Below, in pieces: positions 35,869 through 44,576 of a stretch of DNA of 44,576 bases. Below the pieces are notes generated by a model. It did no database searches and had not been told where the DNA came from. It was given only the letters and a program-made list of their open reading frames with translations. This DNA comes from a virus (lineage: Duplodnaviria > Caudoviricetes). The first letter of the stretch is position 1, and each line of letters begins with the position of its first letter. The DNA is taken from positions 1 through 44,576 of the IMG/VR virus record IMGVR_UViG_3300032332_000389. One strand, given 5' to 3'. A program made the position numbers and the translations under genes.

Positions 35869-36750
35869 ATGAAAATTACGAACAAGTACAACCTACCCGA
35901 GGCATTAGTCAGTGCCATGCTGAAGGATGACTACACCAAAGGCGCTTCTGAGTATAGCGTTACAGGGCTATTGCAGCCACCTAAAGTTGCACTGTTACGC
36001 GAACAGTACGACGGTCAGATAGAGATAGACGTTAGCGACAAGATGTTCACCTTCCTTGGTACTGCACTACATAAGGTGCTGGAAGCCACGCTAATGCCTG
36101 ATAACTGCACGTTCGAGGAGCGTCTGCATACCAAGGTAGACGGAACAAGTATCAGCGGCGCAATCGACGTACAGGAACGCGGAGCGAACGGTACAACCAT
36201 CTGGGACTACAAGGTCACTTCGGTATGGTCTGTGATCAACGAGAAATCTGAGTGGGTAGAGCAACTCAACATGTACAAGTGGCTAGTGGAGACCGTCAAG
36301 GGTGAGCGGATCGTTGGACTCAAGATCTGCGCATTCCTGCGGGACTGGAGCAAGAACGGCAATGGTGCTAACTACCCCGAGGCATCCATCGTCACTGTAG
36401 ATATCCCGATGTGGACTGCCACAGAGACTGAGGCTTTCATTATGGATCGTTTAAACGCACATAAGAAAGCAAAGATGGCAAGAGATTTTGGAGAAGAGCT
36501 ACCACCCTGCTCCAACGCAGAACGCTGGATGTCGGAAACGACATTTGCCGTAAAGAGAGAGGGTCGCAAGACTGCGATCCGTGTATTAACCAATGTAAAA
36601 GAAGCCAAAGAGATGGCAATAAAGGAAAAAGGATATGTCGAAACAAGACTCGGGGAGCCAAGGCGCTGCGCAGGAAACTACTGCCAAGTCGCCCAGTGGT
36701 GCAGCCAATACCAAGGAGAAGTCAATCGTGAAAGTGACGGCATTGCATAA
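35869..36750 (+). CDS. RecB/Cas4-like PD-(D/E)XK exonuclease
   Basis: 'GTALH..LE...EERL...ISGAID.....I.DYK...QLN.Y', C-terminal Cys cluster. Confidence 0.85.
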   Translation: MKITNKYNLPEALVSAMLKDDYTKGASEYSVTGLLQPPKVALLREQYDGQIEIDVSDKMFTFLGTALHKVLEATLMPDNCTFEERLHTKVDGTSISGAIDVQERGANGTTIWDYKVTSVWSVINEKSEWVEQLNMYKWLVETVKGERIVGLKICAFLRDWSKNGNGANYPEASIVTVDIPMWTATETEAFIMDRLNAHKKAKMARDFGEELPPCSNAERWMSETTFAVKREGRKTAIRVLTNVKEAKEMAIKEKGYVETRLGEPRRCAGNYCQVAQWCSQYQGEVNRESDGIA

Positions 36751-36946
36751 AGAAGCAAGCTCAGCCTTGAGGCGCATTGAGCAGTTGTTGGAGAAAGATG
36801 AAAAAGCCAATTTTGCTTTTGAGCAGATGGACTTAGCAGAGGTTGTTAATGAGTTGCGGGAAACAATGAACACGCTGCATTGGCTTGCTGAAGTGCTTAA
36901 GGCAAATGATTCTATTTATGTAACTTACGCAAGGAGCTTTGAATGA
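36728..36946 (+). CDS. Hypothetical protein
   Basis: GTG start after AAGGAG; ATGA overlap with next gene. Confidence 0.6.
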   Translation: MKVTALHKEASSALRRIEQLLEKDEKANFAFEQMDLAEVVNELRETMNTLHWLAEVLKANDSIYVTYARSFE

Positions 36947-37617
36947 ACCAAGTAGACCTGCTCAAGATTAACGTCAACGAGCATACGGAGAAGAAGAACG
37001 GCCTGACATACCTGTCATGGGCATGGGCTTGGACTGAGGTGCTGAAGGCTGACCCCAAGGCTAACTGGGAGGTCAAGCTATTTGAGGGTAGCCCTCTGAT
37101 GCCTGTCGGTGGAACCTATATGGTCTGGGTGACTGTGACCATGTTTGATAAGCCTATAACTTGCATGCTGCCCGTCCTTGACTACCGCAACAAGCCTATC
37201 CCTACGCCTAACTCCTTTGATGTAAACACATCAATCATGCGGTGCTTGGTCAAGGCTATTGCTATGCATGGACTCGGTCTGTACATATACAGCGGAGAGG
37301 ATCTGCCCCCTGATTCAGAGGAACCAACCGCAGAGGAACCCAAGCCAGCCCCTAAGAAGGTTGTTGATGTCCCCGCTAAGAAGCGTCCCCAGCCTACAGA
37401 GTGGGACAACTCCGATGCTTCTCGCCAATTATTTGCAGACGGCATGGTTAAGTATGCCGATATCTGCACCACAGTTGATGACCTCAATAGCTACTGGATG
37501 AACAACCAGTTGCAGTTGGAGTCGTTAAAGCAGACGCACGCTGACCTGTTTAAAGGTGTGCTGGATCACTTCTCCACTATGAAGAAAACTTTTACTCAAG
37601 GAACCTCAAATGGCTAA
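36943..37617 (+). CDS. Sak3/DUF1071-like single-strand annealing protein
   Basis: 'NVNEHTEKKNGLTYLSWAWAW...LPVLDYRNK...N.SIMRCLVKAIAMHGLGLYIY.GEDLP'. Confidence 0.88.
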   Translation: MNQVDLLKINVNEHTEKKNGLTYLSWAWAWTEVLKADPKANWEVKLFEGSPLMPVGGTYMVWVTVTMFDKPITCMLPVLDYRNKPIPTPNSFDVNTSIMRCLVKAIAMHGLGLYIYSGEDLPPDSEEPTAEEPKPAPKKVVDVPAKKRPQPTEWDNSDASRQLFADGMVKYADICTTVDDLNSYWMNNQLQLESLKQTHADLFKGVLDHFSTMKKTFTQGTSNG

Positions 37618-37918
37618 TTACGATACCCCATACAAACCCAAACCTGATAGCGGAACTTTACGAGCGCAGGGATCCAAGAAGACCTCTGCCAGCCCAGACT
37701 ACTGGGGTGATATCCGGATCAATTTGAAAGACTTGACCGCCATCAAGATTGAGGACGGTTGCCATGTGATCAAGCTCAGTGGTTGGAAGAAGATTGATAA
37801 GGCCGGTAAGGTGTATCTGTCTATTGGTGTAAACAGGTTTGTTCCAAAGGATGAGGGCGGAACTGTGCGTCAAGAAGACCAGCGTCAGGACTTCCCTGAT
37901 GAAGACATCCCCTTCTGA
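37610..37918 (+). CDS. Putative single-stranded DNA-binding protein
   Basis: 'PDY.G.I...LSGWKK....G..YLS' and acidic tail DEDIPF; follows the annealase. Confidence 0.75.
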   Translation: MANYDTPYKPKPDSGTLRAQGSKKTSASPDYWGDIRINLKDLTAIKIEDGCHVIKLSGWKKIDKAGKVYLSIGVNRFVPKDEGGTVRQEDQRQDFPDEDIPF

Positions 37919-37919
37919 T

Positions 37920-38321
37920 ATGACACTCCAATTTGAATGCAGGAAGATAGCGTTGAAGCAAGACCGCTCCGGTTTTGTTTTGACCCTAGCTATACACCCT
38001 GACGAGTTGCCCGAAGAACTGATTCGGGACTTTGTCGGGGCGCGTTATGCATGCGTCATGGTAAGGCTCAAAGATGATGAGTCTGCCACCGAATACAGCA
38101 ACCGCACCCAGCAGGCAGGGATCCTATGTCGCACACCGCTATTTCAGTCCTTTATTGGTCAGGCATATGTAGGTAGCGATTGCACAGAAGAAGAGACGGC
38201 AGCGGCTCTGTGCCGTGAATGCGGCATAGATTCTCGGACGGAACTCAATGGGAATGTCTCAGCCAAGTTCAGGTTTGATGAGATCCTCAAAGAGTTTGAA
38301 ACATGGAAGATGAGCATATGA
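37920..38321 (+). CDS. Hypothetical protein
   Basis: Start MTLQFEC; 'AG.LC....F......CGIDSRTEL..N..A..RF'. Confidence 0.7.
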   Translation: MTLQFECRKIALKQDRSGFVLTLAIHPDELPEELIRDFVGARYACVMVRLKDDESATEYSNRTQQAGILCRTPLFQSFIGQAYVGSDCTEEETAAALCRECGIDSRTELNGNVSAKFRFDEILKEFETWKMSI

Positions 38322-38608
38322 GTAAGTTAAAACCATTTATGACTTACATGACCGAAACAGACCATACCAGTCTGCGTAAGTTTGCAAGGGCAAAGAAGAT
38401 CACGATGGCACAACTAATCCGCGAAGGGGTGGGCATGAGGATGTCGGATGGGACTTATGCCTCTGGGTTTAATGATGGGGTGAAAGCCTCCATTGAGTCC
38501 ATTAGCAAACTCCCTGCCGCGCAGATGAGATTCCCTAGTGGTCAGTCATTTGCAGAACTCATCTCAGATGAACTGTTTAAACGAATGATTGTGGGGAACA
38601 CCAAATGA
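38318..38608 (+). CDS. Ribbon-helix-helix-like DNA-binding protein
   Basis: 'FMTYM...DH..LRKFA..KKITMAQLIREG'. Confidence 0.65.
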   Translation: MSKLKPFMTYMTETDHTSLRKFARAKKITMAQLIREGVGMRMSDGTYASGFNDGVKASIESISKLPAAQMRFPSGQSFAELISDELFKRMIVGNTK

Positions 38609-38817
38609 AACTAACCGGCAGACGTAACCAATGCCAAAGCTGCAAAGAGTATTTCAACAGCAATGATGCTTTTGATATACACCGGACAGGTAAACATGGC
38701 GTAAACCGCAGATGCAGGACTCCAGAAGAAATGATGGATAAGGGAATGCTTGTAAACAATGATGGCTTCTGGATAGGTAGGCCGTCTACTAGGGAGTTTG
38801 CAAATGAAGATGCTTGA
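38605..38817 (+). CDS. FDXHR zinc-binding phage protein
   Basis: 'CQSC.EYF.S..AFDIHR.G.....RC..P'. Confidence 0.75.
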   Translation: MKLTGRRNQCQSCKEYFNSNDAFDIHRTGKHGVNRRCRTPEEMMDKGMLVNNDGFWIGRPSTREFANEDA

Positions 38818-39010
38818 GTTTATTAAAAATTATATGCGACAACCAACGCATATGGAAATGGTGAACAGGGAACTTGAAGAAGCCAAGCTGGAAAAGCTGG
38901 AAGCAGAAACCGCAGTGGAGTATGCGCAATCTATTGTGCAGTACAACACAAAGAGAATAGATCGTTTAAACATATATATCGCCGAGCAAGGCAAGGAGAA
39001 ATCAAAATGA
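38804..39010 (+). CDS. Hypothetical coiled-coil protein
   Basis: GGAG RBS; operonic. Confidence 0.7.
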   Translation: MKMLEFIKNYMRQPTHMEMVNRELEEAKLEKLEAETAVEYAQSIVQYNTKRIDRLNIYIAEQGKEKSK

Positions 39011-39432
39011 AATGGAATATTTTTGAGCGTTTAAATACGTTGGAGAAAGAACTGCATGAGCTGCGTGAAGTTGTAAGGTATCAGGGCAACACCATCATCT
39101 CTTTGCAGTTGGATAATATAGAACAAGAGGGGGCAAAGTTAGTAACATCTCAAGCAGACCGCAATGTATTAAGTGAAGCCACAATTCGCGGAGAAATGGC
39201 GTTTACTAAGACTGAATCATATGCAGAGTATCGACGCAAATACCAACGCGAGTGGTACGCCAAAAACAAAGCTGTTATTTTTGAGCGCAGGAAAGCTGCG
39301 AAGAAACTTAAAGAGGCACAGAACCAAGGCAATAGCAAGAAAACTTATTACTGGAAAAACAGAGAAAAAATGCGGGAGTATGCCCGTCAGTACCAACAGA
39401 AGAAAAAAGCAAAACTTCAAGGAGAAACATGA
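39007..39432 (+). CDS. Hypothetical protein with basic helical C-terminus
   Basis: ATGA overlaps; 'REWY.KNK', 'YYWKNREK' repeats. Confidence 0.7.
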   Translation: MKWNIFERLNTLEKELHELREVVRYQGNTIISLQLDNIEQEGAKLVTSQADRNVLSEATIRGEMAFTKTESYAEYRRKYQREWYAKNKAVIFERRKAAKKLKEAQNQGNSKKTYYWKNREKMREYARQYQQKKKAKLQGET

Positions 39433-39581
39433 TGGGGCAGATCCTTGGATTCGCTTGCGGTGCTGCATGGCTAACGCACATCTTCACATGCTTTGCTCAG
39501 AGCCTGTGGGGTTTTTTATTAGCAGGAGCAATCCTGTTCCCCATCGGCATCCTGCACGGGTTTTATCTTTGGCTTCATTAG
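39429..39581 (+). CDS. Small membrane protein (50 aa)
   Basis: Hand-translated MMGQILGFACGAAWLTHIFTCF...FPIGILHGFYLWLH; AAGGAG RBS. Confidence 0.7.
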   Translation: MMGQILGFACGAAWLTHIFTCFAQSLWGFLLAGAILFPIGILHGFYLWLH

Positions 39582-39591
39582 GAGAATACAA

Positions 39592-40026
39592 ATGAAAGAT
39601 GAAACAAGACAGGAAATTAGTGCAGCCTATGCAAAAGACTACACCGACTGGATGGTAAAGACAGGCGGCTTTGCAAGGGACATGACGCTGCGGGATTACT
39701 TTGCGGGGCAGATACTGCGCCTTTACACGGACGATAAGCCTAACCACATGAAACTCAACGCAGAGCAAGCGTATATGCAAGCGGACTACGCGCTCAAGGA
39801 GCGCATCAAAGACTCAACAAAAGAAAACCCGTCATCATTAGATGATTGGGACTTAACAGTGCGTGTTCGCAATTGCTTAAAAGCTGAAGGTATAAACACC
39901 GTAGGTACGTTAGTTCCGTACACACAATCTGATTTACGCCGCATACCAAACATGGGGCGCAAGTCAGTTAAGGAAGTGGTTACAGAAGCCGCATTGCGTG
40001 GGTTCACTATTAAGGAATACAAATGA
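39592..40026 (+). CDS. 'MTLRDYFA' domain fused to an RNA polymerase alpha-CTD-like domain
   Basis: LDDWDLTVRVRNCLKAEGINTVGTL...DL.RIPNMGRKSVKEV closely parallels the RpoA CTD. Confidence 0.85.
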   Translation: MKDETRQEISAAYAKDYTDWMVKTGGFARDMTLRDYFAGQILRLYTDDKPNHMKLNAEQAYMQADYALKERIKDSTKENPSSLDDWDLTVRVRNCLKAEGINTVGTLVPYTQSDLRRIPNMGRKSVKEVVTEAALRGFTIKEYK

Positions 40027-40178
40027 AACCAGCAGACAAGGCTTATGCAGAGAGGGGCAGGGAGCATGACCCTGACCCCGCAGAGGAAGTGTTCGAATCC
40101 TTCAAAGCGCTGATCGCGGTACTGGGCATAGTGGCTGGTGTGGTGCTGATTGCACTTGTGTTGTGGGGGAAGCTATGA
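40023..40178 (+). CDS. Small protein with C-terminal TM helix (51 aa)
   Basis: Hand-translated; overlaps neighbours at both ends. Confidence 0.65.
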   Translation: MKPADKAYAERGREHDPDPAEEVFESFKALIAVLGIVAGVVLIALVLWGKL

Positions 40179-40408
40179 ACATCATTGAACTGGCGAAGCA
40201 AGCAGGGCTTGTACGAAACGGCGATATTGGAATGAAACGATGGGAAGGCCCACAGTCAGACAGTGTCAGTGACCAAGATTTGGAAAAGTTTGCCGCCTTG
40301 GTAGAAGCAGCAGCCCGTGCTGATGAGCATAAGAGGGCTTGTGCATTCATGCGTCAAATGCATGATGCCTACTCAATGGCAAGCTATCCACCAAGGGGAA
40401 CAACATGA
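40175..40408 (+). CDS. Hypothetical protein
   Basis: 'IIELAKQAG...LEKFAALV.AA.RA.E..AC' common phage motif. Confidence 0.7.
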   Translation: MNIIELAKQAGLVRNGDIGMKRWEGPQSDSVSDQDLEKFAALVEAAARADEHKRACAFMRQMHDAYSMASYPPRGTT

Positions 40409-40812
40409 CAGGCTATCAAAGCAAAAAGAACATGGCGCAAGACAAGCTGGCACAGCCAGAGCAGAAGCCAGATGAATGGTTTGAAGGGGCGCATTGGTCT
40501 GATTGCGCTGTTCATAACGAGCCAGCTTACCCAAAGGGTGAATGCGATTGCGGTGGCTACACTCCACCCGCAGCACAGCGCACAGAGCCACCAGATTGGT
40601 TTCCTGCTGTTGAGAATATTCTTAAGGTGTATGGTTTGCAAGCAATATCTTTTGTGGCTGACTTCAAAGAAGCGATGAAAGATGCAGAGCAATCACAGCG
40701 CACATGGGTAGGGCTGACGAATGAAGATGTCTATGAATTTGCAAAGGCGCAACTTAGCTGGGATGAGTTGCTTATTGCGGCAGAAACCAAACTCAAGGAG
40801 AAGAACACATGA
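40405..40812 (+). CDS. Mosaic hypothetical protein
   Basis: 'HWSDCAVHNEPAYP.G.CDCG' and 'RTWVGLT.E....E.KLKEKN' modules. Confidence 0.7.
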   Translation: MTGYQSKKNMAQDKLAQPEQKPDEWFEGAHWSDCAVHNEPAYPKGECDCGGYTPPAAQRTEPPDWFPAVENILKVYGLQAISFVADFKEAMKDAEQSQRTWVGLTNEDVYEFAKAQLSWDELLIAAETKLKEKNT

Positions 40813-41018
40813 AAGTAGAAGAGATTATTGATTACGCATCCCCTTGCATGAGCGCAGAGAAGGCTATTAAAGATGTACACAACCGTATGCTGGATTTCGA
40901 CTTTGACGGGGCCACGGCAGAAGCTTTAAACGCAGCAGGTCACATTCAGTGGATGCTGTTCACAATAAGAAAAATGAAAGAGGCGCATGACTCCCATAGT
41001 CTTAAACAATACACATAG
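40809..41018 (+). CDS. Hypothetical protein
   Basis: AAGGAG RBS, ATGA overlap. Confidence 0.7.
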   Translation: MKVEEIIDYASPCMSAEKAIKDVHNRMLDFDFDGATAEALNAAGHIQWMLFTIRKMKEAHDSHSLKQYT

Positions 41019-41160
41019 GAATATCCATAAATTAAAACTATGCACCCAGTGTGATAAAGATAAACCTCCAGAGGGTGGTATTGAGATGCAAAGTAAATGG
41101 ATCTGCCACCCATGTTGGATACGCAGGGTGACCACAGGAAAACTGAAAGGAAGCAAGTGA
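40987..41160 (+). CDS. Small Zn-finger protein (57 aa, CTQC...CHPC)
   Basis: Hand-translated; GAGG RBS; GTGA overlap with next gene. Confidence 0.6.
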   Translation: MTPIVLNNTHRNIHKLKLCTQCDKDKPPEGGIEMQSKWICHPCWIRRVTTGKLKGSK

Positions 41161-41393
41161 TATCACATCACCCCAAGATTAGAAGCATGCTGCGTGAGCA
41201 TGAGGATGGAATGACTATCGGCTGGATTGCGGAGTTCTTGGAGTTAAAGCCAGACTCTGTGCGCGGTGCTTTAGAGGGGATGCCTGATGCATACATTGAC
41301 CGCTGGACAAAAGCTCCAAAGGGCAAAACATATGAGGCAATATGGTGCGTAATTGTTCCGCCAGAGAATTGCCCAAGACCAACGAGAAAATGA
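41157..41393 (+). CDS. HTH-like hypothetical protein
   Basis: 'IR..LR...DGMT...IA..L......VR.AL..MPDAYIDRW...WC...PPENCPRP'. Confidence 0.7.
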   Translation: MISHHPKIRSMLREHEDGMTIGWIAEFLELKPDSVRGALEGMPDAYIDRWTKAPKGKTYEAIWCVIVPPENCPRPTRK

Positions 41394-41394
41394 T

Positions 41395-41592
41395 ATGACT
41401 GAACATGAACAAAATTTACGAGACCTTGCTGCTATCTTTGCAATGTCTGCACTGCTCATCCGAAACGATGATGACCCGCATGAACAAGCATTTGCCATAG
41501 CCAACTCCTTTATGGAAACAAGAGAGTCTATGAACAAGGAATTAGACGGGATAGCGGCCCTTAAACGGCCCCGAAAGGCAAAGGATGTATAG
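41395..41592 (+). CDS. Hypothetical protein
   Basis: 'LRDL.A.FAM..L......A..IA...M..R'; operonic. Confidence 0.65.
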   Translation: MTEHEQNLRDLAAIFAMSALLIRNDDDPHEQAFAIANSFMETRESMNKELDGIAALKRPRKAKDV

Positions 41593-41872
41593 GAACCCCA
41601 AGCTGCTACAAGCGGTCAGGGATTGCCCATGCCAGCACTGTGGGGCCAAAGATGGAACCATAGTTGCTGCCCACTCCAATCAGATGCGGGACGGCAAAGG
41701 AAGGGGACTCAAAGCCTATGACTACCGTATTGCAGCCCTATGCTTTAAATGCCACTACGAGATAGATCAGGGCAAAGACTTATCCCGGGCGGAGCGTTTA
41801 AACATATGGGAAGATGCTCATCGGGCCACCATAGGGTGGCTCTTTGAGAACGACCTCATCAAGGTCGGATGA
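41585..41872 (+). CDS. DUF1364/YbcO-like Zn-binding putative nuclease
   Basis: 'R..KLL....CPCQHCG.....VAAHSN....GKG.GLKA.D..IA.LC..CH..ID'. Confidence 0.75.
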   Translation: MYRNPKLLQAVRDCPCQHCGAKDGTIVAAHSNQMRDGKGRGLKAYDYRIAALCFKCHYEIDQGKDLSRAERLNIWEDAHRATIGWLFENDLIKVG

Positions 41873-44576
41873 TGTTGCGGATCTGCCTGATGTCGTTTAC
41901 CAGCAGGTTCTGAGCCTTGGTAATCTCCATCAGCATATCCCGCTTCTCATCCGCAGGTATGGATGCAGCCCTGATCATATTAGCCTGCTGTTGAAGCTCA
42001 TCCATCTGCTTGTTTAAACCATTCATAAAATCCCGTGCAGCAAAAAGCTGTGCGTTCTTCTCAACATAGTCCGGAAGATTTGGATCTGCTTCTTTTTCAA
42101 GCTTGTTAATTGTCCGCACGGTGGTATCCACTGCATGCTTTAAATCAAAGTACGAGGTGATCTTGCCACGAGCTTCTGGGTCTGCCAAGAAACGTTTGAT
42201 GATTGGCATCTGCTCTATGCGCTTGGATGGTTTATCTATACCTGATGGAGACACCGCCTCTATGCCTGCATCTAGTAGGTCTGCTGCGTAAACACCCATC
42301 GTTCCTGTGTAACCTTTAAACACATGGTCAATCATCATGGGGGACATACCTGCCTGCTGTCCAAGAATCTCTGCCCACTTAGATGTTCCGGGGCCTACTT
42401 GGAACTCAGGGGCAATACCCTGCATGTTTTGCCCAACGATAGGACGTTGTGTAAACACCGAGTAGTTATCGCGTGCCTCTAGCAAAGGAGCAGCTATCTG
42501 TGGCACAGGATTTAAACCAAATGTGCTTTGCAACGCACGCCTCATGGATTTTTGTAAATCCTCTGTGGTGTCGCGGTTCTCTTTATTTTCCATAAAGAAG
42601 CTGCGATAGATCCGCTCGGGGATTGTTTTAAATAGCGTACCAACTTCAAACGGGATTGGGATCTTGAGCGGGGTCTTGCCTTCGCCCATAGGAATAATCC
42701 AGTTGTTGTCCTTGGTTTCCTCTTCCTGCTTCTCATAATCAGGGTTACCAGAGATCGCCATTGCGTACATAACACTCAACCCAAGCAGGGTCATGCCACG
42801 GATGATCATGGCTTTCTGGACTTGTTTCTCTTGCTCTGTGGCATTGGCATCCATAAATGGACGGATACCGGCACGGAAGAACACATCCAAACCTTGGACA
42901 CGAGCGTTTAAGAATGGGATGGCTGCTGCTGCAATACGAACAACGGCAGAGCTTCCCTTGCGGTTGAAGTTCATCACCTCCAACGCACGGTGGATAGCCT
43001 CTGCTTCGTTGCCTGTCTCAGCAAGGGTTGCCTTGTAAACAGCAATACGAGTGGCAGCATCAGATGCCTCAGTTCCCTTTTCCAGTGCATCCCAGAAGAA
43101 GGTAAAGGGAGATGTAGCAGACTCAAAGCTGGTCTTGGTTCCAGTCTTTTTACGCAAATCTTTGGCAAAAGCTTCTGCGCTGGCCTCGACATTGCGGGAA
43201 AATTCATATCCACCCAAGACACCAGCACTCAGAAGCTTCTGGTACTCGGGAGAGTTGTTCATCAGAACGTTTCCCATCTCCTTGACTGCCGATGCCACAG
43301 GGGTCAGCTTTGCCCCGCTAGTTACATACGCAGATACAGAGTCACGCATCAAGTTAGCCAGCATGAAGCCCGGATCCTTGGTAACCGCTGAACGCAAGAA
43401 GTTGGCAGGCATGGCAAGGAAGTTCAGGAACGGCAGTTCAGGTAGGTTTAAACTGCTAACAGCATCCACCCAGAGCTTGTCTGCGCATTCATACGAAACC
43501 TTCTGACCCTTCTCAAGGATGGTTACGGTGTTGGGGCCAGAGGCCACATAATCCAGTTTGCGAACCATTTGCAGGGTCATGCCGCCCTTGACAGCTTTTT
43601 GAGCTGCCACGTTCTTCATGCCAGCTTGGATGATGGACTGGGTATTACGAACAACAGTCTCAAGGAAATCAGCTAATGGTGCTTCGCTACCAGTGATTTT
43701 CTGAGGGCCTTTAACACCAGAGATACTCTGGAAGATGTTTGGCCCGACAGTGCGCTCACCTTCTAGTTGGCGATAGAAAGGCACATAGTCTGAGTATCGA
43801 ACAAACTCTGCTGCGTTTTGGGCAGAAATAACGCCAGTGTCTACTGCGTACTTAACGAGTCCATCGTTGTACTTGATCCAGTCTTTCTGCACGTTCACAA
43901 ACTCTGGGTACTGTTGCTCCAGTTCTTTGGCATAAGCCATATCCTGCGGGGTGTACAGTTCCTCTTTGCCGCTTGCTAAAAGGCGTTTACCGCGCTTTGC
44001 ACCGGCCCAGAACTGATAGGCTTGATAGATCCTTGGGTTGCCGTATTTTGCAAGCGGAGAGAAGATCTCTACCGCACCCTTAACCGTACCGTTTTCGTTG
44101 CTTACAGTGGTGTAGCCGTTGCGATAAACAGGGGTTCCACCCATGCGGTTACCAACACCCAACGCAGAGGCAGCAACCCCCGCAGCAGCATCAGACTGCA
44201 AGGCGGCAGCATGTGCGCTCTGGTCAGCAAGATAAGCAACTCCGCCCATTTGCTGAGCAACCAGCTTATCAAAGTCGTTTAAACGGTTGTAGCGGTCAAG
44301 AGCTTTTTGACGCAGATAAGAAAAAGTTTCTGATCTTCCAGCAAGAGCGGTAGTCATACGCTCTACATAGCCAACCTCTTGCCGAGCGGTAGTGACTCGG
44401 TTGATGGCTGCGTTAATAGCTGCCCCGTTGGGCAGGCTATCAATGTCTTTGGTTACGTCAGTGCGCAGGCTGTAGCGAGTGGGCGTTCTGTCTTCTTGCT
44501 CACGCTCGCGCCGACCAGTTTCTTCATTCATGCGCACCATTAATGCATTTACATCATTAAAGTCTTTGCCAACATA
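41859..44576 (-). CDS. Large internal virion (ejected) protein with LPD38-like C-terminal region; 5' end beyond window
   Basis: Frame open to the window edge; 'NF.RKG......IPFLNA.VQG', 'KDNNWIIP.....KIP.PFE.G.LFK.IPER'. Confidence 0.75.
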   Translation of the reverse strand, partial: YVGKDFNDVNALMVRMNEETGRREREQEDRTPTRYSLRTDVTKDIDSLPNGAAINAAINRVTTARQEVGYVERMTTALAGRSETFSYLRQKALDRYNRLNDFDKLVAQQMGGVAYLADQSAHAAALQSDAAAGVAASALGVGNRMGGTPVYRNGYTTVSNENGTVKGAVEIFSPLAKYGNPRIYQAYQFWAGAKRGKRLLASGKEELYTPQDMAYAKELEQQYPEFVNVQKDWIKYNDGLVKYAVDTGVISAQNAAEFVRYSDYVPFYRQLEGERTVGPNIFQSISGVKGPQKITGSEAPLADFLETVVRNTQSIIQAGMKNVAAQKAVKGGMTLQMVRKLDYVASGPNTVTILEKGQKVSYECADKLWVDAVSSLNLPELPFLNFLAMPANFLRSAVTKDPGFMLANLMRDSVSAYVTSGAKLTPVASAVKEMGNVLMNNSPEYQKLLSAGVLGGYEFSRNVEASAEAFAKDLRKKTGTKTSFESATSPFTFFWDALEKGTEASDAATRIAVYKATLAETGNEAEAIHRALEVMNFNRKGSSAVVRIAAAAIPFLNARVQGLDVFFRAGIRPFMDANATEQEKQVQKAMIIRGMTLLGLSVMYAMAISGNPDYEKQEEETKDNNWIIPMGEGKTPLKIPIPFEVGTLFKTIPERIYRSFFMENKENRDTTEDLQKSMRRALQSTFGLNPVPQIAAPLLEARDNYSVFTQRPIVGQNMQGIAPEFQVGPGTSKWAEILGQQAGMSPMMIDHVFKGYTGTMGVYAADLLDAGIEAVSPSGIDKPSKRIEQMPIIKRFLADPEARGKITSYFDLKHAVDTTVRTINKLEKEADPNLPDYVEKNAQLFAARDFMNGLNKQMDELQQQANMIRAASIPADEKRDMLMEITKAQNLLVNDIRQIRNIIRP

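Noticed and set aside
35869-36750. CRISPR-Cas (Cas4) locus
   Set aside because: No repeat-spacer array or other cas genes; context (annealase, SSB) indicates a recombination exonuclease.

Overview
This window is most of the genome of a tailed dsDNA phage, podovirus-like and resembling uncultured freshwater Caudoviricetes; a betaproteobacterial host is inferred, not shown. It is cut inside the virion module at both ends. Minus strand 1-25761: tail/receptor proteins, adaptor proteins, a cluster of small basic proteins, a glycosyltransferase, major capsid, scaffold, GroES-like protein, portal, TerL, a stand-alone LexA DNA-binding domain and TerS. Plus strand 26200-31815: a GC-richer early operon with an SprT-like zincin and a MoxR/CobS AAA+ / vWA-metallopeptidase pair. 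Minus strand 31932-35809: primase-helicase, nucleases, structured non-coding elements and RusA. Plus strand 35869-41872: exonuclease, Sak3-like annealase, SSB, an RNAP alpha-CTD mimic and small genes. It ends in a large internal virion protein. I saw no integrase, DNA polymerase, complete tRNA or CRISPR array. Most notable: (1) a ~340 bp intergenic array of host regulator sites (2 LexA, 4 DnaA, NtrC, sigma54-like, IscR-like) in front of the early promoter; (2) at least 24 copies of the palindrome GTTTAAAC against about 1 expected, none seen in the first 12 kb; (3) two free-standing endonucleases that appear to rebuild the host gene ends they disrupt, one supplying a recoded C-terminus and one an RBS with an ATC start; (4) small basic proteins built from GG-delimited modules; (5) several candidate structured RNAs. 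All counts and family assignments were made by eye and need computational confirmation.
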